In this document: positions 33,079 through 40,890 of the stretch, one piece after another | How positions within the stretch are numbered: position 1 is the first letter of the stretch | Layout: each line of letters starts with the position of its first letter | NCBI GenBank assembly: GCA_963762145.1 | Contig: CAVXJS010000021.1 | Location: 960,001-1,024,000 of the forward strand | Reading direction: 5' to 3' | Source: an uncultured Candidatus Rokubacteria bacterium | GTDB taxonomy: Bacteria; Methylomirabilota; Methylomirabilia; Rokubacteriales; CSP1-6 | Length of the DNA: 64,000 nucleotides | Notes under the pieces: model-generated | What the model was told of the DNA's origin: nothing | The model's database searches: none | Seen by the model: the letters and a program-made list of their open reading frames with translations, nothing else | Translations under genes and position numbers: made by a program

Positions 33079-33954
33079 GTGATCGCGTACATCGGCATGG
33101 GCCTGCTGGGCTCGGCCCTCGCGGGGAGCCTCATCAAGGCCGGCTACACCGTGCGCGGCTTCGACGTCGCGCCCGAGCGCATGCGCGAGCACGAAGGGCG
33201 AGGCGGTGTGCCGGCGCACTCCCCCGCCGACGCGGCCCGCGGCGCCGCGGTGGTGATGACCTGCCTCATGACCGCCGACCTCGTCGGCGAGGTGCTGCTC
33301 GGTCCCGACGGCGCGATCGACGCAGCTCCGCCCGGCGTCCTCGTGATCGACAACAGCACGATCCACCCCGACGCCTCCGCCGCGCTGGCCGCCCGGCTCG
33401 CGGCGCGCGGGATCCCGATGCTGGACGCGCCGGTGGCGGGATCGAGCGGGCAGGCGCGCCGGCGCGAGGCGCCGGTGATGGTGGGCGGCGACGCGGAGGT
33501 CTTCGCGCGCGGCCGCCCGATCCTCGACGCGCTCAGCGAGCGCGTCCGGCACGTCGGCCCGAGCGGGGCGGGGGCCCGCGCCAAGCTCGTCGTCAATCTC
33601 GTCCTCGGGCTGAACCGTCTGGCCCTGGCCGAGGGCCTGCTCTTCGGGCTGCGGCAAGGACTGGACGGAAAGGCCCTGCTCGCGATCCTCAAGGAGAGCT
33701 CGGCCTACTCGCGGGCGATGGACATCAAGGGCGAGCGCATGATCGAGGGCAATTTCCAGGCGGAGGGTAAGCTCGCGCAGCACCTGAAGGACGTCGAGCT
33801 CATGCTGGAGGTGGGCCACGGGTCGGGCGCCCCGCTGCTGGCGACCGCGCTCCACCGGCAGCTCCTGCTGGCGGGCGTGGCCTGCGGCCTGGGCGAGCAC
33901 GACAACTCCGCGATCATCGCGGTGCTCCGCTCGCTCATCGACGCACCGCGCTGA
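33079..33954 (+). CDS. beta-Hydroxyacid (3-hydroxyisobutyrate-type) dehydrogenase
   Basis: IGMGLLG, DAPVAG, KLVVN, KDV. Confidence 0.85.
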   Translation: MIAYIGMGLLGSALAGSLIKAGYTVRGFDVAPERMREHEGRGGVPAHSPADAARGAAVVMTCLMTADLVGEVLLGPDGAIDAAPPGVLVIDNSTIHPDASAALAARLAARGIPMLDAPVAGSSGQARRREAPVMVGGDAEVFARGRPILDALSERVRHVGPSGAGARAKLVVNLVLGLNRLALAEGLLFGLRQGLDGKALLAILKESSAYSRAMDIKGERMIEGNFQAEGKLAQHLKDVELMLEVGHGSGAPLLATALHRQLLLAGVACGLGEHDNSAIIAVLRSLIDAPR

Positions 33955-33985
33955 AATCGGTCCCCTACGGGCCGGCGCGATCCGC

Positions 33986-34116
33986 TATACTGGACTCGTC
34001 TTCGCTGAAGATACTGGTAGGCCGTCGCGACCCTGCCATCTCACGCCGCCCTCGCACGCAACTCACCTCCTCGTCGTGTCGCCGCCGATGTTTCTCGCAA
34101 AGGAGTCCGCGTGAGT
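33986..34116 (+). promoter_or_regulatory. -10 box plus structured 5' leader containing an anti-SD
   Basis: TATACT 33986-33991; hairpins at 33999-34011 and 34015-34038; ACTCACCTCCT 34061-34071 complementary to AGGAG and GTGAGT. Confidence 0.5.
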
Positions 34117-34326
34117 CGCATGCCGTCGAAGTCCTTCAGCTGCGGGGTGGTGTCCGAGACCGTGACCATCACGCTGAGGCGACGCAATTCCATGGCCGGC
34201 CGCGGCAAGCTCTTCGTCGCGTGCAGCGAGAAGGACTGTCAGTACATCGACGCGAACGAGCTGCCGTGCCCGCTCACGCTCGCGCTCTTCACCGAGGAAA
34301 TCAACCAGCGAATGATTGCCGAGTAG
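34111..34326 (+). CDS. Small Cys-containing hypothetical protein
   Basis: SD AAGGAG; four Cys (C...CSEKDC...CPL). Confidence 0.65.
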   Translation: MSRMPSKSFSCGVVSETVTITLRRRNSMAGRGKLFVACSEKDCQYIDANELPCPLTLALFTEEINQRMIAE

Positions 34327-34360
34327 CCGCTTCGCCTCTCACGACGCCACGGAGTCCCCC

Positions 34361-34564
34361 ATGGATGCCGCCACCCCGACCAAGCCGCTCCCGCCCAGCA
34401 AGCCCCTGCGCTGCGCGTCCCCCATCGAGGTCGATCCGACCGAGCTGGAGATCCCCGCGGCCACCGTCAAGGCGTGGATCGCCCATCTCCGTACCCACGG
34501 CTGGACGGACCACGACCTGGATCTGCAGTGGATCAGCCGCGCGCGTAGCGGCGTGACCCGCTAG
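34361..34564 (+). CDS. Small hypothetical protein
   Basis: GGAG SD before ATG 34361; GC3-rich codons. Confidence 0.5.
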   Translation: MDAATPTKPLPPSKPLRCASPIEVDPTELEIPAATVKAWIAHLRTHGWTDHDLDLQWISRARSGVTR

Positions 34565-34588
34565 CTTCGAGCGGTCAGCGGCCTCGCG

Positions 34589-34867
34589 TCAGCGCGGCGG
34601 CGACGCCCCAAGGCACGCGACCTTCTTCCTCGCGCACTGCGCGCACAGGCTCGCGGGCGCGAGGGTGAGCGCGCCCGGCTCGGCGAAGATCTCCTCCATC
34701 GCCCGCGCGATGTCCGGTTTCATGTAGCTCCGGTCGAGGTTGTCCTTCGCCAGCTTGACGAGGCACCGCGCACACAGGAATTGGCCTCGGCACTCGCCGT
34801 GCAGCAGGCTGTCAACGACGCGCCGGATGAAGTCGCCGGCGGTGTACACCGTGGAGGGCAGGGCCAT
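34589..34867 (-). CDS. Small putative zinc-binding protein (two CxxC)
   Basis: FLCARCL and LCAQCAR motifs. Confidence 0.65.
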   Translation of the reverse strand: MALPSTVYTAGDFIRRVVDSLLHGECRGQFLCARCLVKLAKDNLDRSYMKPDIARAMEEIFAEPGALTLAPASLCAQCARKKVACLGASPPR

Positions 34868-34875
34868 GAGGATGC

Positions 34876-35019
34876 CTACCGCTTCCCGGGTCGCGCCTTC
34901 CGGCCCTGGAGTGCGAGGAGACGGTCCCGACCCGTGACACACAGGGCCATGAGGTGGGTGCCGAACCCGGTGAACGCGGTGACGATCAGTGAGAAGACTC
35001 CTGGTGGCTTCTTCTTCAT
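34876..35019 (-). CDS. 47-aa small protein
   Basis: SD GAAGGGAG; MKKKPPGVFSLIVTAFTGFGTHLMALCVTGRDRLLALQGRKARPGKR*. Confidence 0.45.
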   Translation of the reverse strand: MKKKPPGVFSLIVTAFTGFGTHLMALCVTGRDRLLALQGRKARPGKR

Positions 35020-35129
35020 GGGGCTCCCTTCGAGACGGGACGTGAAACCGGTGAGCAGGGTCGAGATCGAGCCAGATGCCGGTGAGCCGCGGGGGCCCAG
35101 AGGAAGGCTCTACAACAGTAGCACGGCTT

Positions 35130-35420
35130 TCATGCGTCCTTGAGCTCGATCTCGATGAAGGCGAACTCGAAGGCATTCGCGTTGCGCACGTCGTGCTCGA
35201 CTCCCGCGTCGCGGTAGTAGGGCTCACCGACGCGGAGCGTGTTGGTCGTCTCACCGGTCGCGCCCACCGAGGTCAGCGAGCCGGTGGTGAGCGGCACCAC
35301 CACGTACGGGTACTCGTGACGATGGTGGCCGGTCCGCGCGCCGGGCGCGAAGCGCCACTCGGTCACGCGCACGCGCGCATTGTCGACCTTGACGGTAGGT
35401 ACCGCGTCCGCATCGCTCAT
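35130..35420 (-). CDS. Small cupin (BauB-like)
   Basis: VDNARVRVTEWRFAPGARTGHHRHEYPYVVVP..GVEHDV. Confidence 0.85.
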   Translation of the reverse strand: MSDADAVPTVKVDNARVRVTEWRFAPGARTGHHRHEYPYVVVPLTTGSLTSVGATGETTNTLRVGEPYYRDAGVEHDVRNANAFEFAFIEIELKDA

Positions 35421-37243
35421 CGTGGATCTCCTTTCGCGGTGAGCTCCGCCCACCGCGCGTAGAGCCGGTCCACCTCCGCGCGGGCGGCCTCGAGCGCCGC
35501 GTAGCGCGCCTGCAGCGCGGCCGGATCGGAGGCGATGGCCGGGTCCTCTGCGTCCCGGCGGCTGGATTCCAGCGCGGTCTCCGCCTCCAGGATCGTCGCC
35601 TCCATCGTGTCGAGCTCCCGCTGCTCCAGATACCCCAGCCTCTTCCTGGCCGCCTTCCCCTCTCCCTCTCCCCTCTGGGGAGAGGGCAGGGTGAGGGGAT
35701 CGAGGGGCCTGGTCCCGGCGCTCCTCCGCGCCGCCTTCCGCGCCGCCTCCCACTGCGGGTAGTCGGCGAACGTCTCGACACCACCGCGGCCATCCAGCGC
35801 CACGATGACGGTCGCCACCCGATCGAGCATGAACCGGTCGTGCGTCACCAGCACCAGGCCGCCTTCGAAGGTGGTCAGGCTCTCCTCGAGCACGTCGAGC
35901 GTCGGGATGTCGAGATCATTGGTCGGCTCGTCGAGGATCAGCAGATCGGCGGGCTCCCGCATCAGCCGTGCGATGTGGATGCGGGCCTGCTCGCCGCCCG
36001 AGAGGCGGCCGACCGACACCTCGAGCTGCTCGGGCGGGAACAGGAACCGCTTGGCCCAGGCCGCCACGTGCAGGGTCCGCCCCTGGAAGGTCACCGTATC
36101 GCCCTCGGGGGCGAGGGCCCGCCGCAGCGAGAGGGTGGGATCGAGCCCGGGCCGCTCCTGCTCGAACCGGACGACGCGCAGATCCTCCGCCCGCTCGATC
36201 GTGCCCGCGTCGGGGGCGAGCGCGCCCGCCAGCACGTTGAGCAGGGTGGTCTTGCCGCTGCCGTTCGGCCCCATGAGACCGATGCGCGTGCCGGGCGTGA
36301 TGATGAGATCGAGGTCGCGCACGAGCGAACGGCCGTCGAGCGATTTGGCCAGCCCCCGGGCGACGAGCAGCCGGCGCGAGCGCCGGCCGGAGGCGGTGAA
36401 GTCGATCGCGGCGGAGCGGGTGACCGCTCGCGCGCGCGCGTCGCCGAGCTCCTCGATCAGCCGATCCGCTTCCTTGATTCGCCCCTTGGCCTTGGTGGAG
36501 CGGGCCTTGGCCCCCCGACGCAGCCACTCGATCTCGCGCCGGACGGTGTTGGCGAGCGATTCCTCGTAGGCGGCCTGGCCGCGCAGGAACTCGTCGCGAC
36601 GGGCGAGGAACTCACTGTACCGGCCGTCGGTCTCGAAGAGGCCGCTCGGGTAGACCCGGTTGACCTCGAGCATGCGCGTGGCCACGTGCTCCAGGAAATA
36701 GCGGTCGTGGCTCACCACGAGACAGGCGCGCGCGTGGTCTCCGAGCAGCGCCTCCAGCCAGAGGATGCCCTCCACGTCCAGGTGGTTCGTGGGCTCGTCC
36801 ATCAGGAGCACGTCGGGCTCGCCCGCCAGCTCGCGCGCGATCGCCAGGCGCTTCCGCCAGCCCCCGGAGAGCGCGGCCACCTCCGCGCGCCCATCGTCGA
36901 AGCCGGCGCGGCCCAGGACCTGCGCGATCCGGCCCGCGCGCTCGTACTCGTCCAGCGAGGAAAGCGTCGCGGCGAGGACGTCCTCGACCGTTCCCTCCGG
37001 CGGGAAGAGGGGATCCTGCGGCACGTAGCCCACGCGCACCCCGCTACGGAGCGAGCGCTGGCCGCGGTCGGGCGATTCGATGCCGGCGAGGATGCGGAGG
37101 AGGGTGGACTTGCCGGCCCCGTTGGGACCCACCAGCCCCACCTGGTCCCCTTCGAAGAGTCCGAACGACAACCCCTCGAAGAGGGACCGGAGGCCGTGCG
37201 CCTTGCCCACCCCCTCACAGCTCAGAAGAAGCGAACGGGGCAC
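35417..37243 (-). CDS. uup: ABC-F family ATPase, Uup-like
   Basis: Two ABC cassettes (GPNGAGKS/LSGG/DEPTNHLD; GPNGSGKT/LSGGE/DEPTNDLD), linker WLRRGAKARSTKAKGRI, C-terminal coiled coil ..LYARWAEL. Confidence 0.9.
   Translation of the reverse strand: MPRSLLLSCEGVGKAHGLRSLFEGLSFGLFEGDQVGLVGPNGAGKSTLLRILAGIESPDRGQRSLRSGVRVGYVPQDPLFPPEGTVEDVLAATLSSLDEYERAGRIAQVLGRAGFDDGRAEVAALSGGWRKRLAIARELAGEPDVLLMDEPTNHLDVEGILWLEALLGDHARACLVVSHDRYFLEHVATRMLEVNRVYPSGLFETDGRYSEFLARRDEFLRGQAAYEESLANTVRREIEWLRRGAKARSTKAKGRIKEADRLIEELGDARARAVTRSAAIDFTASGRRSRRLLVARGLAKSLDGRSLVRDLDLIITPGTRIGLMGPNGSGKTTLLNVLAGALAPDAGTIERAEDLRVVRFEQERPGLDPTLSLRRALAPEGDTVTFQGRTLHVAAWAKRFLFPPEQLEVSVGRLSGGEQARIHIARLMREPADLLILDEPTNDLDIPTLDVLEESLTTFEGGLVLVTHDRFMLDRVATVIVALDGRGGVETFADYPQWEAARKAARRSAGTRPLDPLTLPSPQRGEGEGKAARKRLGYLEQRELDTMEATILEAETALESSRRDAEDPAIASDPAALQARYAALEAARAEVDRLYARWAELTAKGDPR
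35664..35698. repeat. Palindromic REP-like element in-frame within uup
   Basis: CCCTCTCCCC-TCT-GGGGAGAGGG plus tail CAGGGTGAGGGG; encodes PLTLPSPQRGEG. Confidence 0.7.
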
Positions 37244-37249
37244 GCTCGG

Positions 37250-37309
37250 CTACTTCTTCTCCTTCTTCGGCTTCTTCTTCTCCTTCTTCATGCTCCGGCC
37301 CTTGGCCAT
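37250..37309 (-). CDS. 19-aa Lys/Glu-rich peptide MAKGRSMKKEKKKPKKEKK
   Basis: SD GGAGGTGA 4 nt before ATG; pure AAG/GAG codon run in a 70% GC background; stop 6 nt before the uup GTG. Confidence 0.75.
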   Translation of the reverse strand: MAKGRSMKKEKKKPKKEKK

Positions 37310-37313
37310 GTGC

Positions 37314-37613
37314 TCACCTCCCTTCCCTGATCGCGGCGATCTTGCGATCACGCTCGCCCGCCATCCGCTCCGTATCGCGCCGCAGCGCTTCGTTGAGCTG
37401 CTCGACTTCCTCGTGGCTGGCCGCCTTGCGCAGAGCGGCCTGGTGCAGGATCTCGCGCTCCGCGCCCTTGGCCTGGTACATCTGGCGGACCTCGGCGATG
37501 GCCGCCTTCTGCTCGTCGGTGAGCGGCCGGTCGGATGCGTTCGACTCCTTGTCCTTCTGACGGAGCCGCTCCATCGCCAGCTCGAGCGCGCTCTTGGGGG
37601 CGTTGTCGGTCAT
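37314..37613 (-). CDS. Hypothetical coiled-coil protein
   Basis: MTDNAPKSALELAMERLRQKD..LTDEQKAAIAEVR; helical, charged. Confidence 0.75.
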   Translation of the reverse strand: MTDNAPKSALELAMERLRQKDKESNASDRPLTDEQKAAIAEVRQMYQAKGAEREILHQAALRKAASHEEVEQLNEALRRDTERMAGERDRKIAAIREGR

Positions 37614-37637
37614 GACGCTCAGTAGTGTAACAGAGGC

Positions 37638-38717
37638 CTATCCGAGCATCAGCACGGTGCGTGATACCTCGCCCGCCTTCATCGCGCGGAACGCCTCGTT
37701 GACGTCCTCGAGCTTCCCCCGTCGGGTGATCATCTCGTCCAGCTTGAGGCGGCCCTGCCGGTAGAGCTCGATGTAGTGGGGCATGTCCACCTTGAAGCGG
37801 TTACTGCCCATGCTGCAGCCCTGGATCTTCTTCTCGCGGAGGAACATGGGGCCGTCCAGCTCGATCTTCTGGCCCACCGGGATCATGCCCACCACGGTGG
37901 CGGTGCCGCCGGGCCGGATGCAGTCGAAGCACTGCTCGGCCGCGAGCTTGAGGCCGATGCACTCGAAGGAGTAGTCGACCCCGCCGTTGGTCAACGCCCG
38001 GATCTGCTGGACCGGGTCGTCCGACTTGGCGTTCACGCCGTGCGTGGCCCCGAGGGCCTTGGCGGTCGCGAGCTTGGACTCGACGGTGTCGACCGCGATG
38101 ATCATGCGGGCGCCCGCGATGCGCGCCCCCTGCACCGCGGCCAGGCCCACGCCGCCGGCGCCGAAGACCGCGACGGTCGAGCCCGCCTCGATGCGCGCGG
38201 TGTTCAGCACCGCGCCTACCCCGGTCGTGACTCCGCAGCCGATCAGGGCCGCGCGGTCGAGCGGCATGCTCTCGTCGATCTTCACCAGCGCGTTCTCGTG
38301 CACCAGCATCTGCTCGGCGTAGGCGGAGAGATTGGCGAACTGGTTGACCGGCTGGCCCTTCCACGAGAGCTTCGGCGGATCCGTCTTGGCCCGCACCGGG
38401 CGGGTCTGGCAGAGATGGGTCTTGCCGGTGAGGCAGTAGTCGCAGTGCCCGCAGAAGACGGACAGGCACGCGATGACGTGGTCGCCCGGCTTGAACTCGC
38501 TCACCTGCAGCCCGACCGCCTCGACGATGCCGGAGGCCTCGTGGCCGAGGATGGCGGGGGTGGGGAACGGGTAGAGGCCGTCCACGAAGTGCAGATCGCT
38601 GTGGCAGACGCCGGAGGCCACCGTGCGCACCAGCACCTCGCGGCCGATGGGCTTGTCGATGTCGACGTTCTCGATCGTGAGCGGCTGATGCGGCCCGTGG
38701 AACACGGCAGCTTTCAT
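37638..38717 (-). CDS. Zn-dependent alcohol dehydrogenase (class III-like)
   Basis: GVCHSD, GHE, CGHCDYC..C, GCGVTTG, GAGGVG. Confidence 0.92.
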   Translation of the reverse strand: MKAAVFHGPHQPLTIENVDIDKPIGREVLVRTVASGVCHSDLHFVDGLYPFPTPAILGHEASGIVEAVGLQVSEFKPGDHVIACLSVFCGHCDYCLTGKTHLCQTRPVRAKTDPPKLSWKGQPVNQFANLSAYAEQMLVHENALVKIDESMPLDRAALIGCGVTTGVGAVLNTARIEAGSTVAVFGAGGVGLAAVQGARIAGARMIIAVDTVESKLATAKALGATHGVNAKSDDPVQQIRALTNGGVDYSFECIGLKLAAEQCFDCIRPGGTATVVGMIPVGQKIELDGPMFLREKKIQGCSMGSNRFKVDMPHYIELYRQGRLKLDEMITRRGKLEDVNEAFRAMKAGEVSRTVLMLG

Positions 38718-38787
38718 GGGTGGCCTCCTCAGGGGATTCGTGGCGGGCGTTGGCTCGCCCAGACAGGTAACGCCCCCCGGCCCGACG

Positions 38788-38805
38788 TGTCAAGGGCCCT
38801 TGACA
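38788..38805. promoter_or_regulatory. 18-bp perfect palindrome (back-to-back TTGACA or operator)
   Basis: TGTCAAGGGCCCTTGACA between the divergent adh and lactonase genes. Confidence 0.55.
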
Positions 38806-38838
38806 GCTCGGCGGCCGCTGTCGCAGCATCGGCCCGCC

Positions 38839-39891
38839 ATGTTCGCCTACGTCGGCGCCTACACGTCGAAGGACCGCAACGGGCGGGGCGACGGCATCAA
38901 TGTCTACCGGATCGACGAGACATCGGGCGCCTGGAGCCACGTCCAGCGGGTGGGCGATCTGGTGAACCCGTCATGGCTCACGCTCCATCACGAGCGGCCG
39001 GTGCTCTACTCCGCGCACGGGGAAGGGCACGAGGCCACCGCCTTCGCGATCGACCCCGCCGACGGCCGGCTGCGCGTCCTCAATCGCAGGCCCACCGACG
39101 GCAAGAACGGCGTGCGCCTGGGGATCGAAGCCTCCGGTCGCCACGTCGTCTGCGCCAACTACAGCTCGGGCACGGTGGCGGTGCTGCCGATCGAGACCGA
39201 CGGCGCGCTCGGCCCGCTCACCGACCTGGTACCGCTCACCGGCAAGCCCGGCCCGCACCCGACCGAGCAGACCAGCGCGCACCCCCACGACGTGGCCTTC
39301 GACCCGCGGGGGCGCTTCTGCCTGGTGCCGGACAAGGGCCTCGACGCGGTCTTCGTCTTCCGGGTGGACGGCGGCGGCAAACTGCTTCCGGGCGCGCCGC
39401 CCGCCGTCGCGACCCGGCCGGGCGCGGGGCCGCGGCACGCCGGCTTCCACCCGACCGGTCATCTCGCCTAAGTGCTCAACGAGCTCGACTCGACGCTGAC
39501 CAGGTATCGCTTCGACGCCGACTCCGGCGCCCTCGAGCCGCGCCAGACCATCACGACGCTCCCGCCCGCGTTCACCGGGCGCAACACCACGTCGGAGATC
39601 GCGGTCGCCCCGTCGGGCCGATTCGTCTACGCCTCGAATCGCGGCCACGACAGTGTGGGGATCTTCGCGGTGGAGCCGGGCGCGGGCACGCTCTCCCCGG
39701 TCGGCTGGGAGCCCACCCAGGGCAAGACGCCGCGATTCATCGGCCTCGATCCGGCGGGAACGACGCTCTACGCGGCCAACCAGGACAGCGACACCATCGT
39801 GGCCTTCCGCGTGGACCGGCAGTCCGGCACGCTCACGCCCACCAGGCACGTCGTCGCGGTGGGCAGCCCCAGCACCATCGTCTTCCGCTAG
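38839..39891 (+). CDS. 6-Phosphogluconolactonase-like beta-propeller lactonase with internal TAA (39469-39471)
   Basis: AYVGAYT, CANYSSG, HPHD, GAGPRH, A*VLNELDS, YASNRGHDS, AANQDSD; same frame on both sides of the TAA. Confidence 0.82.
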
Positions 39892-39903
39892 AAAGGACTC
39901 GCC

Positions 39904-40479
39904 ATGGAAACCGTCCAGATGACCCGCGACGAGATCGCGGCGCGCACCGGCCGCTTCGCGCAGCTCCAGCCGATGGAGTTCATGAAGAACGACACCACGG
40001 TGAGCCAGGCGGCCAAGGACATCATCCTCGCCCGCAAGCTCATGCCAGTGGTGCTCGAGCGCACCCAGTCCGCCTTCGGCAACGACGCGCCGATCTACAA
40101 CGCGGCCGGCCTCACCATGTTCATCTCGATCATGCCGCCGGGCCAGGGGCCGTGCCTGCACGCGCACAAGAAAACGTTCGAGACGTTCACCGTGCTCGAC
40201 GGCTCGCTCGAGTTCTCGCTCAACGACGACGGCGGCGAGAAGATCGTGCTGAACCGGTGGGACACCTTCTCGTGCCCGCCGGGGGTGAACCGGGGCTTCC
40301 GCAACGTGGGCACCACGGACGCGGTGCTGCTGACCGTCATCACCGGCGGGATCAACGACCGTAACGACATCGGGCTGCCCCCCGCCATCGCCAAGCAGAT
40401 CGAGGCGGTGGACCCGAACGCGCTCGAGGTCTTCAAGACCAAGATGGGCCTGCGCTTCGACGCGGGCCCCGCGGTGTAG
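39904..40479 (+). CDS. Cupin domain protein
   Basis: PPGQGPCLHAHKKTFETF..DTFSCPPGVNRGF. Confidence 0.82.
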   Translation: METVQMTRDEIAARTGRFAQLQPMEFMKNDTTVSQAAKDIILARKLMPVVLERTQSAFGNDAPIYNAAGLTMFISIMPPGQGPCLHAHKKTFETFTVLDGSLEFSLNDDGGEKIVLNRWDTFSCPPGVNRGFRNVGTTDAVLLTVITGGINDRNDIGLPPAIAKQIEAVDPNALEVFKTKMGLRFDAGPAV

Positions 40480-40505
40480 TCAGGACGGCCCGCGCCGGTC
40501 CTAGT

Positions 40506-40592
40506 CGGGGTCAGGTCTTACATTCCAACATTTTCCCCTCGGCAAGTGACTTGTTCGCCCGCGGAAATGTTGGAATGTAAGACCTGACCCCG
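40506..40592. mobile_element. MITE/REP-like element with 28-bp perfect terminal inverted repeats
   Basis: CGGGGTCAGGTCTTACATTCCAACATTT (40506-40533) and its exact reverse complement (40565-40592); AT-rich; between convergent genes. Confidence 0.75.
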
Positions 40593-40594
40593 TC

Positions 40595-40885
40595 TTAGGC
40601 CACGCCCTCGACCATCACCATGTTGGCGCGGCCGGCGCGCAGGCGCATCGCGAGCGGCTCTCGGTACTCCTCGGACGCGTACCAGCGCTTCGCCTGATCC
40701 AGGCTCGGAAACTCGAGGACGACCAGCCGGTTCGGCTTCCAGTCCCCCTCGATCGTCTGATGCGCGCCGCCGCGCACCAGGAAGCGGCCGCCGTAGGGCG
40801 TGAGGGTCGCGGGCACCCGCTTGCGGTACTCCTCCATCGCCGGCAGGTCGGTCACGGTGAGATCGACGATGATGTAGGCGGGCAT
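40595..40885 (-). CDS. DUF1330 protein
   Basis: YGGRFLVRGG..EGDW.P.RLVVLEFPS..AKRWYASEEY. Confidence 0.88.
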   Translation of the reverse strand: MPAYIIVDLTVTDLPAMEEYRKRVPATLTPYGGRFLVRGGAHQTIEGDWKPNRLVVLEFPSLDQAKRWYASEEYREPLAMRLRAGRANMVMVEGVA

Positions 40886-40890
40886 CCCGG

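Noticed and set aside
39469-39471. In-frame stop in the lactonase as a recoding event
   Set aside because: It is TAA at an expected Tyr (AYVLNEL), not UGA/UAG at a catalytic site, so it is a nonsense mutation or base error.
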